DNA from: an uncultured Thermotogae bacterium
GTDB taxonomy: Bacteria > Bipolaricaulota > Bipolaricaulia > M55B111
DNA length: 37,092 nt
Assembly: GCA_964513485.1 (NCBI GenBank)
Contig: CAZENJ010000004.1
Span: forward strand, 1-37,092
Reading direction: 5' to 3'
Shown here: piece by piece, positions 9,798-17,298 of the stretch
Position numbering within the stretch: position 1 is the stretch's first letter
Layout: the number at the start of each line of letters is the position of its first letter
Notes under the pieces: generated by a model
Told to the model about the DNA's origin: nothing
The model's database searches: none
The model's input: only the letters and a program-made list of their open reading frames with translations
Position numbers and translations under genes: made by a program

Positions 9798-10032
9798 ATT
9801 AATCCCTTCCTATTCTTCAAGGTCGAATTTGCCGTGAGCACAATTAATAAGGTTTTGAAAAAATTGTTTCACGAGTACCCGCCAGGTAATCCGCGGCGGC
9901 GCTTTAACTTCAGGAAGAATCCAGTTATCGACGGAGGCATTAAATTACGCCCCGAGCCGGCTGCCGCCCGGAAAGAGAAAAAGTCCGGCTCGACAAACTT
10001 CCGGATGTCGGATCGAAATATCATAATTACAG

Positions 10033-10557
10033 TTATAGCTTTGAAATCCTTTCTTGTAACTTCTCGATCCCGACGGGGGTCGCGGTGGGGATCCTTTTTG
10101 CCAGTTGAGAAATCCCTTTGCCGCTTATGGCGACCGTGGGCACCACGGGAACCCCCAGGATTTCTTCCAGCCGGGCGACGTCGATATCGATATTCTGCTT
10201 CTCCGCGTCGTCCCACATGTTTAACGCGATCACCACTGGGTAGCCGCGCTCCAGGATTTCAAAAGCCAGGTAAAGCCCGCGCTCGACTTTTGTCGCGTCG
10301 ATCACGACTATTACCACGCCATCATCGTGCTCCTCCAGTATATCGAGCGCTACCCTCTCCGCCTCGTCTTTGGGCTCGGTGGAAAAAGTTCCCGGGACGT
10401 CGATGATCCTGTACTCCTCGCCTTCGATAAAGGTGTGGCCCTCCGTGAAATCCACGGTCGTACCGGGGTAATTCGATTCAGTGATATTTGCGCCGGTGAG
10501 CCGATTAAATACGGCGCTCTTTCCGACGTTAGGATGACCCATCAGGAGTATCGTCAT
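10033..10557 (-). CDS. feoB: FeoB N-terminal GTPase (G-domain) portion, encoded as a separate gene
   Basis: 174 aa with G1 GHPNVGKS, G3 DVPG and G4 NMWD. It stops just after the G domain. Confidence 0.92.
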   Translation of the reverse strand: MTILLMGHPNVGKSAVFNRLTGANITESNYPGTTVDFTEGHTFIEGEEYRIIDVPGTFSTEPKDEAERVALDILEEHDDGVVIVVIDATKVERGLYLAFEILERGYPVVIALNMWDDAEKQNIDIDVARLEEILGVPVVPTVAISGKGISQLAKRIPTATPVGIEKLQERISKL

Positions 10558-10792
10558 CTTCGACCTCGACGGTTATTTTCCTGGCCAGGTTTATGCCGAG
10601 GGAAGTCGTCGATTTTTCTATCGTAATTACTACAGGGCCGTTTATCGGTTGTTTTGTATCCATGCGGATTTTCTTGCCGACTCTGATCCCCCGGCCAAGA
10701 ATCTGGTCCTTTAAGTCCTGCTCGATTTCCTTGATTAAACCCGTTTCGCCGTATTCCATTTCCGAAAGTTTTATCGTGGACTTCGTCTTCAT
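10529..10792 (-). CDS. feoA: FeoA-family protein (second copy)
   Basis: 87 aa with an SH3-like FeoA pattern (GETGLIKEI...LGRGIRVGKKI...GPVVITIEKS...LGINLARKITVEV). Its ATG forms an ATGA overlap with the preceding feoA stop. Its 3' end overlaps the feoB G-domain gene by 29 nt. Confidence 0.85.
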   Translation of the reverse strand: MKTKSTIKLSEMEYGETGLIKEIEQDLKDQILGRGIRVGKKIRMDTKQPINGPVVITIEKSTTSLGINLARKITVEVEDDDTPDGSS

Positions 10793-11004
10793 ATCTTTCG
10801 CACCCTAATTTTTTTCGCCATTCCCCGGCCGATGGTGACCGTATTCCCGTTCAATTTTATGGTAATGGGGCCACGGGAGGAAATTACTTTCAAATTCACG
10901 CCCTCCGTTATCCCTCTCAGGGCCAGTTTCTGGCGAACTTTTTTCCCTCCCCTTATTGAGGTGACTCTCGCTTTCTGGTTTCCGCTCAGCTGCTTTAGCG
11001 TCAT
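10789..11004 (-). CDS. feoA: FeoA-family protein (first copy)
   Basis: FeoA pattern (ARVTSIRGGKKVRQKLALRGITEGVNLKV...GPITIKLNGNTVTIGRGMAKKIRV). I place the start at the internal ATG 11004, which forms an ATGA overlap with the repressor stop. The ORF-track start 11046 adds an Arg-rich extension. Confidence 0.85.
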   Translation of the reverse strand: MTLKQLSGNQKARVTSIRGGKKVRQKLALRGITEGVNLKVISSRGPITIKLNGNTVTIGRGMAKKIRVRKI

Positions 11005-11483
11005 TGTTGCTCGTCTCCGCCCTGCTCTTCCCGTTTTTCCCTGCATTCAAACGGCATTTCGCCGTGCTCGGAGAAGTGCTTGAAATGCCGGAGCCATCTG
11101 GCTTCCTCTTCGGGGCAGGCTTCGATGAAATCGATAAACTTGTTCAACTGATCGATGGACTTCTTGCTCAGGCTGTGCTCCACCTTGCAGGCATCCCGAT
11201 CGGCTTGCTCTTTCGGAACCTGAAGCAATTCAAGAAAGCGCTTGACGTTTTCGTGTACCTCTGAGACGTCCTTTGCCAGTTCTTCTCCCTTTTTCGTCAG
11301 GGTAACGCCCTCGTACTCTCTGTAGTTTATAAAGCCCTTTTCCCTCAACTTGTGAAACATTTCCGTCACTGAAGGGTCCTTTACGCCCAGGTCGTCGGCG
11401 ATCTCCTTGGTTTTCGCGTGGCCCCTTCTGTTCAGGGAGTTATAAATGGCTTCCAGATAATCTTCTAAACTCTGCGTGACCAT
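11001..11483 (-). CDS. DtxR/MntR-family metal-dependent transcriptional repressor
   Basis: It reads MVTQSLEDYLEAIY...TKEIADDLGVKDPSVTEMFHKLREKGFI..., i.e. a DtxR-type HTH and dimerisation region, with a Cys/His-containing acidic tail. I prefer the ATG at 11483, because the ORF-track TTG at 11516 lies inside the predicted -10. The ATG at 11498 is also possible. Confidence 0.85.
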   Translation of the reverse strand: MVTQSLEDYLEAIYNSLNRRGHAKTKEIADDLGVKDPSVTEMFHKLREKGFINYREYEGVTLTKKGEELAKDVSEVHENVKRFLELLQVPKEQADRDACKVEHSLSKKSIDQLNKFIDFIEACPEEEARWLRHFKHFSEHGEMPFECREKREEQGGDEQQ

Positions 11484-11490
11484 GATTGAT

Positions 11491-11504
11491 TTAGGCATGC
11501 CTAA
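11491..11504. promoter_or_regulatory. Perfect 14-bp palindrome, candidate DtxR-type operator
   Basis: TTAGGCATGCCTAA. Its TTAGG/CCTAA arms match the outer arms of DtxR/IdeR boxes as I remember them. It sits between the predicted -10 and the repressor ATG. Confidence 0.5.
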
Positions 11505-11515
11505 TAATTTAACCA

Positions 11516-11544
11516 ATTATAAATCGGGACGGGTTCCGGGTCAA
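11516..11544 (-). promoter_or_regulatory. Putative strong sigma-70 promoter for the dtxR-feo genes
   Basis: The minus strand reads TTGACC-17 nt-TATAAT. The sufB TGA stop (11543-11541) is inside the -35 hexamer. Confidence 0.55.
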
Positions 11545-12866
11545 GGCATATTACTAACAACCGACCTGGAAATAGCCGATCCGGAAAGAATTCGGGGGGT
11601 GCGGTACCGTTCAGGCCTCCCCCGCGAGGGAAAGTTCGATAATCTTTCCTCGCTCAGTCCCCGACTCATCAGATAAAATAACTCCTCCTCCTTGATCTTG
11701 CCGATGGCGGCCTCGTGGGATAGTTCGGCATCCTCGACTGAAGAGGCAAGGCCGGGATAGGTCTCCATTTCCGCGCCGTCTTCCATTAAAAGGGCGTCAC
11801 AGCTTATATGACCCTTCGTGTCTGAGCTCTGCGCGTGGATCTTGCCCCGCGTAATGACGCGAGAGTCGTCAGTTATCACTGCCTTGCTGTTATTGATTCC
11901 GGTTGCTCCCATTCCGTCAAGGTGGATATCTCCGCCCAGATCCACGTGTGACTCCTCCTGCGTCAGGATAATGTTGTTTATCTCGACCCGACCGCCCGCC
12001 TCGACCCAGTACTGGGGATCGGTGATATTTGACTTGCCCGGTCCCAGACCGACGGTCGTAAGCGAAAATTCCCCGTTTCTTTCGACTTTTACCCGTTGAG
12101 TCGGGCGAGTATGCACGTATTCCGGCCAGTTTTGCAGGACTGAGAGATCCACTTTTGCGTTTTCCCCGATATAAGCTTCGGTCATGTCCAGGTGGAGTGA
12201 ATGCCTGGAGAGAATCGGGGAAGTACAACCCTCGATGAGTTTGATCTCGCTGTCCGGCTCGGCCAGGATTATTATATGCGGTGCCTGGGCCAGGGCTTCC
12301 TGCTGAATCAGGAAGAAGAGATGAAGCGGAATCTCCTCCTTGACGCCTTCTCTTACCCGAAGAAATACCCCGCCGTTCCAGACTGCCGTATGGTAGGCTG
12401 AAAGTTTGCTTTCGCCCGGATCGTAAAGCTTCATAAATTTCTCGCGCAGCTCGGGATATTCCCTGACGGCCTCGTTCATCGGGGCCATGATCACGCCCCG
12501 GTCTTCCCACTTTTCGCGGAAGGAAGAGTCTATCATGTCCGTTCCGTCCTGGATTGTCAGCCCGGTTAGCGCCTTTTGCTCCATCTCGCTGATACCCAGT
12601 TCGTTTAACAGATTCCTGGTGTCCTCCGGCAGGTCGTCCAGGCTTTCGATATCGTCGGCGGGAGTTTTTCCCTGTTTGGCGAGAAATTCCAGCGGGTCGG
12701 ATATGACGGGGTCCTTTGCTGGCGCCTCGGCGTAAGACCGCAAACCGCGGTAGCGCAGGTCCGTGACCCACCCGGGTTCGTCGTTTTTCTGACTGATTTC
12801 TTCAATCTGTTCTTCGATTGAAGCCACGTCCCGATTGATCGTTTGCATGCGATTAATTGCAACCAC
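11541..12866 (-). CDS. sufB: SufB/SufD-family Fe-S cluster assembly scaffold protein
   Basis: 441 aa with a SufBD-type beta-helix core (VERNGEFSLTTVGLG...SHVDLGGDIHLDG...HISCDALLM...EAAIGKIKEEELFYLMSRGLSEE). It follows sufC. The start is ambiguous: GTG at 12866 overlaps sufC by 14 nt, and an ATG lies at 12848. The last ~34 aa look atypical (see findings). Confidence 0.88.
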   Translation of the reverse strand: MVAINRMQTINRDVASIEEQIEEISQKNDEPGWVTDLRYRGLRSYAEAPAKDPVISDPLEFLAKQGKTPADDIESLDDLPEDTRNLLNELGISEMEQKALTGLTIQDGTDMIDSSFREKWEDRGVIMAPMNEAVREYPELREKFMKLYDPGESKLSAYHTAVWNGGVFLRVREGVKEEIPLHLFFLIQQEALAQAPHIIILAEPDSEIKLIEGCTSPILSRHSLHLDMTEAYIGENAKVDLSVLQNWPEYVHTRPTQRVKVERNGEFSLTTVGLGPGKSNITDPQYWVEAGGRVEINNIILTQEESHVDLGGDIHLDGMGATGINNSKAVITDDSRVITRGKIHAQSSDTKGHISCDALLMEDGAEMETYPGLASSVEDAELSHEAAIGKIKEEELFYLMSRGLSEERLSNFPSRGRPERYRTPRILSGSAISRSVVSNMP

Positions 12867-13599
12867 ACTCCTCGTAAATTCGATTGAATCCTTTTTCTTC
12901 TACCTCACGAACCAGTCTTTGGTCCCCAGAGGTCACTATCCGACCGTCTTTGACCAGGTGTACCTTCATTTCGACCCCCTGAAATTTTTTTAGAAGGTTT
13001 CCGTAATGGGTAATCAGGACGATCGCGGTGCCCGTATCGTGCAGCGAATTTATTCCCCGCAAAATTAAGTTCAGAGAGTCCACGTCGACGCCGCTATCCG
13101 GTTCGTCCAGAATCAGCAGGTCCGGTTCGATCAAACTGGCCTGAAGCAATTCCAGACGCTTCCGCTCCCCGCCGGATAGGCCTTCGTTTATATTTCTGTC
13201 GAGAATACTCTCCGGAAAGTCTACGGCCCGGACTGCTTCTTTTATCGCTTGTTCTTTTGCTTCATCGGTAGCGAAATCGCCCAATTTTTCCAGAACCTGC
13301 TTGAGGAATCTTCTAATTCCGACGCCTTCAATTTTCGGGGGATGTTGAAACCCGAGCATCAAACCCTGCAGTAGCCTCTCTTCCGGGGAAAGGGTGGAAA
13401 GTTCCCTTCCCTTGAAGTTTATCGAGCCCCGGTAATTCTCGTATTCTGGATGGCCCGCAAGAGTCCGGGCCAGGGTGGATTTACCGGAACCGTTTGGTCC
13501 CATAATTACGTGGAAACTCCCGGATACCGCCCGAAAGTTCAAGCTCTTCAGTATTGCTTCTCCGTCCGGGCTAACCTCTAGATTACTTACTTCGAGCAT
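12853..13599 (-). CDS. sufC: SufC, Fe-S cluster assembly ABC-type ATPase
   Basis: Walker A GPNGSGKST, signature LSGGERKR, Walker B LLILDEPDSG. I prefer the ATG at 13599 (MLEVSNLEV), which has the SD AGGTGA 5 nt upstream. The ORF-track GTG is at 13632. Confidence 0.93.
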   Translation of the reverse strand: MLEVSNLEVSPDGEAILKSLNFRAVSGSFHVIMGPNGSGKSTLARTLAGHPEYENYRGSINFKGRELSTLSPEERLLQGLMLGFQHPPKIEGVGIRRFLKQVLEKLGDFATDEAKEQAIKEAVRAVDFPESILDRNINEGLSGGERKRLELLQASLIEPDLLILDEPDSGVDVDSLNLILRGINSLHDTGTAIVLITHYGNLLKKFQGVEMKVHLVKDGRIVTSGDQRLVREVEEKGFNRIYEECGCN

Positions 13600-13635
13600 G
13601 TTATCACCTGTTTTCTGGCTTACCTGGTTCACTCA

Positions 13636-13665
13636 AATAGTAGAGTAAAATAGTCTACTATTCAA
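13636..13665 (-). promoter_or_regulatory. Putative sufCB promoter overlapped by a 9-bp inverted repeat (candidate operator)
   Basis: The minus strand reads TTGAAT-17 nt-TACTAT. The perfect inverted repeat AATAGTAGA (13636-13644) / TCTACTATT (13654-13662), with a 9-nt spacer, spans from the -35 to the -10. Confidence 0.45.
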
Positions 13666-13788
13666 AGGTGTTTTAACTGGGGCCGGCGACTTCTCGATTC
13701 GCTGGGGTCCCCCTCGTTGCACGGGCTAACCTGGTGACGGGGGATGTATTTTCGGAAAAAAGGTTAGTATTTCCGCGATAACCTTTTA

Positions 13789-13817
13789 TTGTCCTGGAGG
13801 TACAGTTGTCCTAAAAT
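13789..13817 (+). promoter_or_regulatory. Putative promoter of nnr, positioned for a leaderless mRNA
   Basis: TTGTCC-17 nt-TAAAAT. The -10 ends 6 nt before the nnr ATG (13824). There is no SD at a usable distance. Confidence 0.4.
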
Positions 13818-13823
13818 CAAAAC

Positions 13824-15386
13824 ATGAAATACATAACAAGCGCAGAAAAAGTAAAAGATCTGGACAGAAAGGCGGTCGAGGAGTGGGGGATTCCCTCTGC
13901 TGTCTTGATGGAGAACGCGGGCAGAAGTGCTGTGGAGTTGATCGATCGGGAAATATCTCCTTTGCCGGATAGAGCTCTTGTGATCTCGGGCAAGGGCAAC
14001 AACGGCGGGGACGGTCTGGTGGTAGCCAGGAGGTTAATAGATCTGGGCGTCCGGGTCAAGACGTTCATCCTGGCCGAGCGGGACGATTTGACCGGAGAAA
14101 CGGAGAGAAATGCGGGCGTTCTGGAAAGAATGACGAACGAAGTTTTCTACACGGAACCGGGCGGGGAGGAGTTGCTAAAGTCACTCAGAAGCAACCCGCC
14201 GCTGGTTATCGACGCCATTTTCGGGATTGGAATTAAGGGCGAGTTGCGGGGGGATTACCCGAAACTCGTCTCCGAGATCAACCAATCGGACGGGAAAACG
14301 GTCGCGATCGATCTCCCTTCCGGGTTGCCTGCAGATACCGGTCATCCCCCCGGAAAAGCCGTGGGAGCTGATTTTACCGTTACGATGGGTTTCCTCAAAC
14401 GGGGCACGGTTTTTCCCGGGGCAAAAAAATATACGGGTGAGCAGCTGGTCGCTTCGGTGGGTTACCCGGAGAAGCTGGTAAAGAAGGATCCTGAGGTCTG
14501 GGAAATTATGGACGGGAATAGGGCAAGCGAACTTCTACCGGAACGTCCTCCGGGCGGGCACAAGGGAAGTTTCGGGCGACTTCTCGTCGTCGGGGGCTCT
14601 CGCGGCATGACCGGAGCGCCGATATTATCCGCTCGGAGCGGTTTGCGTTCCGGAGTCGGACTGGTTTTTCTCGCCGGACCGGAAAGTTTCGATAGCGTCT
14701 TCAGCGGGGAGTTGATAGAAGGTCTGACTCTCCCCTTGCCGGACGATGAAGGAGCGCTTGGGCCCGGTTCGCTGGACTCTTTGCTCCAGGCCGTGCGCGA
14801 TAAGGACGGCCTTGCCGTCGGTCCCGGCCTGGGGCGGAAAAAGATGACGCAGAGAACGGTCAGAAAGTTCATCGCCAAAATATCTCAACCCGCAGTGCTG
14901 GACGCCGACGGAATAGTGGCGTTTTCCGATTCAGTTGAGGAATTAAGAGAGAGGGATAATCTGGTTCTGACCCCGCATCCCGGAGAACTCGCCGCTCTGC
15001 TGGATTTTTCTCCCGCGGAAGTCGACGAAAGTCGCTTTCAACTGGTTCCTGAACTGGCACGGGATCTGGGAGTCACTCTGTTACTCAAGGGCGTACCGAC
15101 CCTTATTGGCTCACCCTATGGGGAAGTCAGCGTGGTTAACTGTCCGAACAGCGGACTGGCCAAAGGGGGCAGCGGGGACGTACTGACCGGGCTTATCGGT
15201 GGTTTTCTCGCACAGGGCTTGGAACCTTTTGCGGCGGCGCGCCTGGGAGCCCAGCTACATTGCCGCACCGGAGAACTTGGAGTCAAGGAAAAAGGGGTAG
15301 ATTCGCTCCAGCCGGGTGATCTGGTTGGACTGATTCACAAAGTACTCTCCGCCTGGCGGAAGGAAGAAGGTGAACCGAAGTTATGA
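13824..15386 (+). CDS. nnr: Bifunctional NAD(P)H-hydrate repair enzyme Nnr (epimerase and ADP-dependent dehydratase)
   Basis: 520 aa. The YjeF_N part reads LMENAGRSA...GKGNNGGDGLVVAR. The YjeF_C part reads GGSRGMTGAPILSA...GGSGDVLTG. Confidence 0.93.
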   Translation: MKYITSAEKVKDLDRKAVEEWGIPSAVLMENAGRSAVELIDREISPLPDRALVISGKGNNGGDGLVVARRLIDLGVRVKTFILAERDDLTGETERNAGVLERMTNEVFYTEPGGEELLKSLRSNPPLVIDAIFGIGIKGELRGDYPKLVSEINQSDGKTVAIDLPSGLPADTGHPPGKAVGADFTVTMGFLKRGTVFPGAKKYTGEQLVASVGYPEKLVKKDPEVWEIMDGNRASELLPERPPGGHKGSFGRLLVVGGSRGMTGAPILSARSGLRSGVGLVFLAGPESFDSVFSGELIEGLTLPLPDDEGALGPGSLDSLLQAVRDKDGLAVGPGLGRKKMTQRTVRKFIAKISQPAVLDADGIVAFSDSVEELRERDNLVLTPHPGELAALLDFSPAEVDESRFQLVPELARDLGVTLLLKGVPTLIGSPYGEVSVVNCPNSGLAKGGSGDVLTGLIGGFLAQGLEPFAAARLGAQLHCRTGELGVKEKGVDSLQPGDLVGLIHKVLSAWRKEEGEPKL

Positions 15387-16159
15387 AGTTAAACCTGGTC
15401 GATACCCATGCTCATATTTTTATGGACCATTTTAGTGGCGATCGGGAGGAAGTAATCTCCGAAGCCGCGGGGGAAGGGATTGGGATGATAAATATGGGGC
15501 TGGACCTTCCATCCAGTAGAAGGTCAGTCGAACTGGCCGAAAATCACCGGGGGGTATACGCCGGTATCGGCTATCATCCTCACGAAGCGAAGGACTTCGG
15601 GCCTTCCGCCCTTAAAACTCTGCTCGATCTGGGGGTCTCGGATTCGGTTGTGGCAGTGGGGGAGATAGGGCTCGATTACTACAGGGATAACTCCCCGCGG
15701 GACCAACAAAGAGAGGCCTTTCGCGCCCAGCTGGATCTGGCGCTCGAGCTGGGGCTGCCGGTCTCCGTGCATAACAGGTCTTCAACCGAAGACATGTTGG
15801 ATATTCTCAGAGGGAGAACCGAGCTGCCACCGGGAGTTATGCATAGCTTTTTCGGTGACGAGGAGCTTGCCGGCGAGCTCCTCGATCTCGGATTCCATCT
15901 CGGACTCAGTGGCCCGCTGACTTTTTCCGGGGAGTCCGATTTACGGGATACGGTAAGCAAGCTACCTCTGGATCGGCTCGTGCTGGAAACCGATTCGCCC
16001 TTCCTGACTCCCGAACCACACCGGGGAAAGAGAAACGAGCCCGGTTACGTCAAATACGTTGGGGAAGAACTTGCCCGAGTCAGAGGGCTGGAAGCAGAAG
16101 AGGTCGCAGAAAAGACGACGGAAAACGCCGGGAGGTTATTCGGTCTGGATGAGTACTAA
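15383..16159 (+). CDS. tatD: TatD-family metal-dependent hydrolase/DNase
   Basis: 258 aa with LVDTHAHI...GEIGLDY...SVHNR...HSF...LETDSPFLTP. Its ATG forms an ATGA overlap with the nnr stop. Confidence 0.92.
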   Translation: MKLNLVDTHAHIFMDHFSGDREEVISEAAGEGIGMINMGLDLPSSRRSVELAENHRGVYAGIGYHPHEAKDFGPSALKTLLDLGVSDSVVAVGEIGLDYYRDNSPRDQQREAFRAQLDLALELGLPVSVHNRSSTEDMLDILRGRTELPPGVMHSFFGDEELAGELLDLGFHLGLSGPLTFSGESDLRDTVSKLPLDRLVLETDSPFLTPEPHRGKRNEPGYVKYVGEELARVRGLEAEEVAEKTTENAGRLFGLDEY

Positions 16160-17033
16160 CCCAGAAGAGTACGGGATGTTGCTGGGCGCACATAAATCCA
16201 TTTCGGGCGGAGTCGATAAATCCGTCGACCGGGCGGCTGGGTTGAATACGAACGCGATGCAGATCTTTTCGCAAAACGTCCGATCCTGGAGTACGAGGGA
16301 ACTTTCTGAAGAAGAAGTCGATCGGTTCAGGGAAAAAAGGAAGGAACACGGAATCGAATACGTGGTTATCCATACCAGCTATCTTTTGAACCTGGCGACG
16401 CCAAAGGACGAACTGTGGGAGAAGTCGAAGGACGGGCTCCTGGAGGAAATTTCCCGGGCCGACCAGCTGGGAGTACCGGCGATAAATACTCATATCGGGG
16501 CCCATACCGGGTCCGGACTGGAAAAGGGGCTGGAAAGGTTGATTCTGGCCCTGAAAGAGATAAGTCAGTCAAAAGTTTTTCAAAACTCGTCCGTCGAGAT
16601 CCTGCTGGAAAACACCGCGGGGAGCGGGACCACGCTCGGCTCGGATTTCTCCGAACTGGGCCTGGTGCTGGGAGAACTTGGGGCCGGCGGGCGCTTTGGC
16701 GTCTGTGTCGATACCTGTCACGGTTACGCCGCGGGATACGATTTTTCTTCGGCCGCCGGGCTGGACGGAGTCCTGGAGGAATTCGATTCCGAAATCGGTC
16801 TGGAGCAGCTGAAGCTAATCCACCTCAACGATTCCGTCGGAGAGCTGGGCTCAAATAAGGATAGACATGCACATATAGGTCGCGGAAATATCGGTGAAGC
16901 CGGGTTTGCGGCCGTAGTAAACGATAAACATCTGCGGGACCTGCCGTTTGTTCTGGAAACGCCAAAGGAAAAGCTCGACGGAGTGGAGGCGGATAGGGTC
17001 AATCTGGATAAGGTCATGGAGTTAAGGCAGTAA
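16149..17033 (+). CDS. nfo: Endonuclease IV (AP endonuclease, Nfo)
   Basis: LLGAHKSISGG...HTSYLLNLA...HIGAH...LENTAG...CVDTCHGYAAGYD...HLNDS. The start is uncertain: the ATG at 16149 overlaps tatD by 11 nt, and the ATG at 16176 (MLLGAHKS) is also possible. The ORF-track start 16059 lies inside tatD and is unlikely. Confidence 0.9.
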   Translation: MSTNPEEYGMLLGAHKSISGGVDKSVDRAAGLNTNAMQIFSQNVRSWSTRELSEEEVDRFREKRKEHGIEYVVIHTSYLLNLATPKDELWEKSKDGLLEEISRADQLGVPAINTHIGAHTGSGLEKGLERLILALKEISQSKVFQNSSVEILLENTAGSGTTLGSDFSELGLVLGELGAGGRFGVCVDTCHGYAAGYDFSSAAGLDGVLEEFDSEIGLEQLKLIHLNDSVGELGSNKDRHAHIGRGNIGEAGFAAVVNDKHLRDLPFVLETPKEKLDGVEADRVNLDKVMELRQ

Positions 17034-17214
17034 AGTTACTTGGTTACTTATTTGAGACCGCCAATTTACCGGCCAGTCGTAGCAAAAGTTGATATTTTTT
17101 AGGTTTTCTATTAATATTTGATTCGAGATATTTTTTCTATAGAAATGTCTCCGAATAGGATATGTTCTTATACTTCTAGGGCAGTTGCAGTGGTTCTCTG
17201 GAATCGGAAACGAC

Positions 17215-17243
17215 TTGACAGATCCATAATATCACCATAGATA
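17215..17243 (+). promoter_or_regulatory. Putative sigma-70 promoter of spoVS
   Basis: TTGACA-17 nt-TAGATA, 55 nt upstream of the ATG. An AT-rich stretch upstream carries two copies of GATATTTTTT. The SD AAGGAGG precedes the ATG. Confidence 0.4.
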
Positions 17244-17298
17244 GTCGATATTCGGCCATTTGCCGGGCGCAGTAACGGCAGTCAAGGAGGTATAGGAT

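Noticed and set aside
9834-10406. ORFs of 190 aa (plus strand) and 115 aa (minus strand, 9869-10216) covering the split-feoB spacer. The minus-strand frame includes a 51-codon ATG ORF starting just after the G-domain stop.
   Set aside because: They are Arg/Pro/Gly-rich and low-complexity, and mostly overlap the well-supported feoB G-domain gene in other frames. They have no SD and no family resemblance.
16059-16148. N-terminal ORF extensions suggested by the ORF track: nfo from 16059, the membrane protein from 33253, feoA from 11046, sufC from 13632 and the repressor from 11516.
   Set aside because: The extensions overlap upstream genes or predicted promoters. They are basic and low-complexity. 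They precede internal ATG codons that reproduce the expected family N-termini and, for sufC, carry an SD (feoA sits at an ATGA coupling junction instead).
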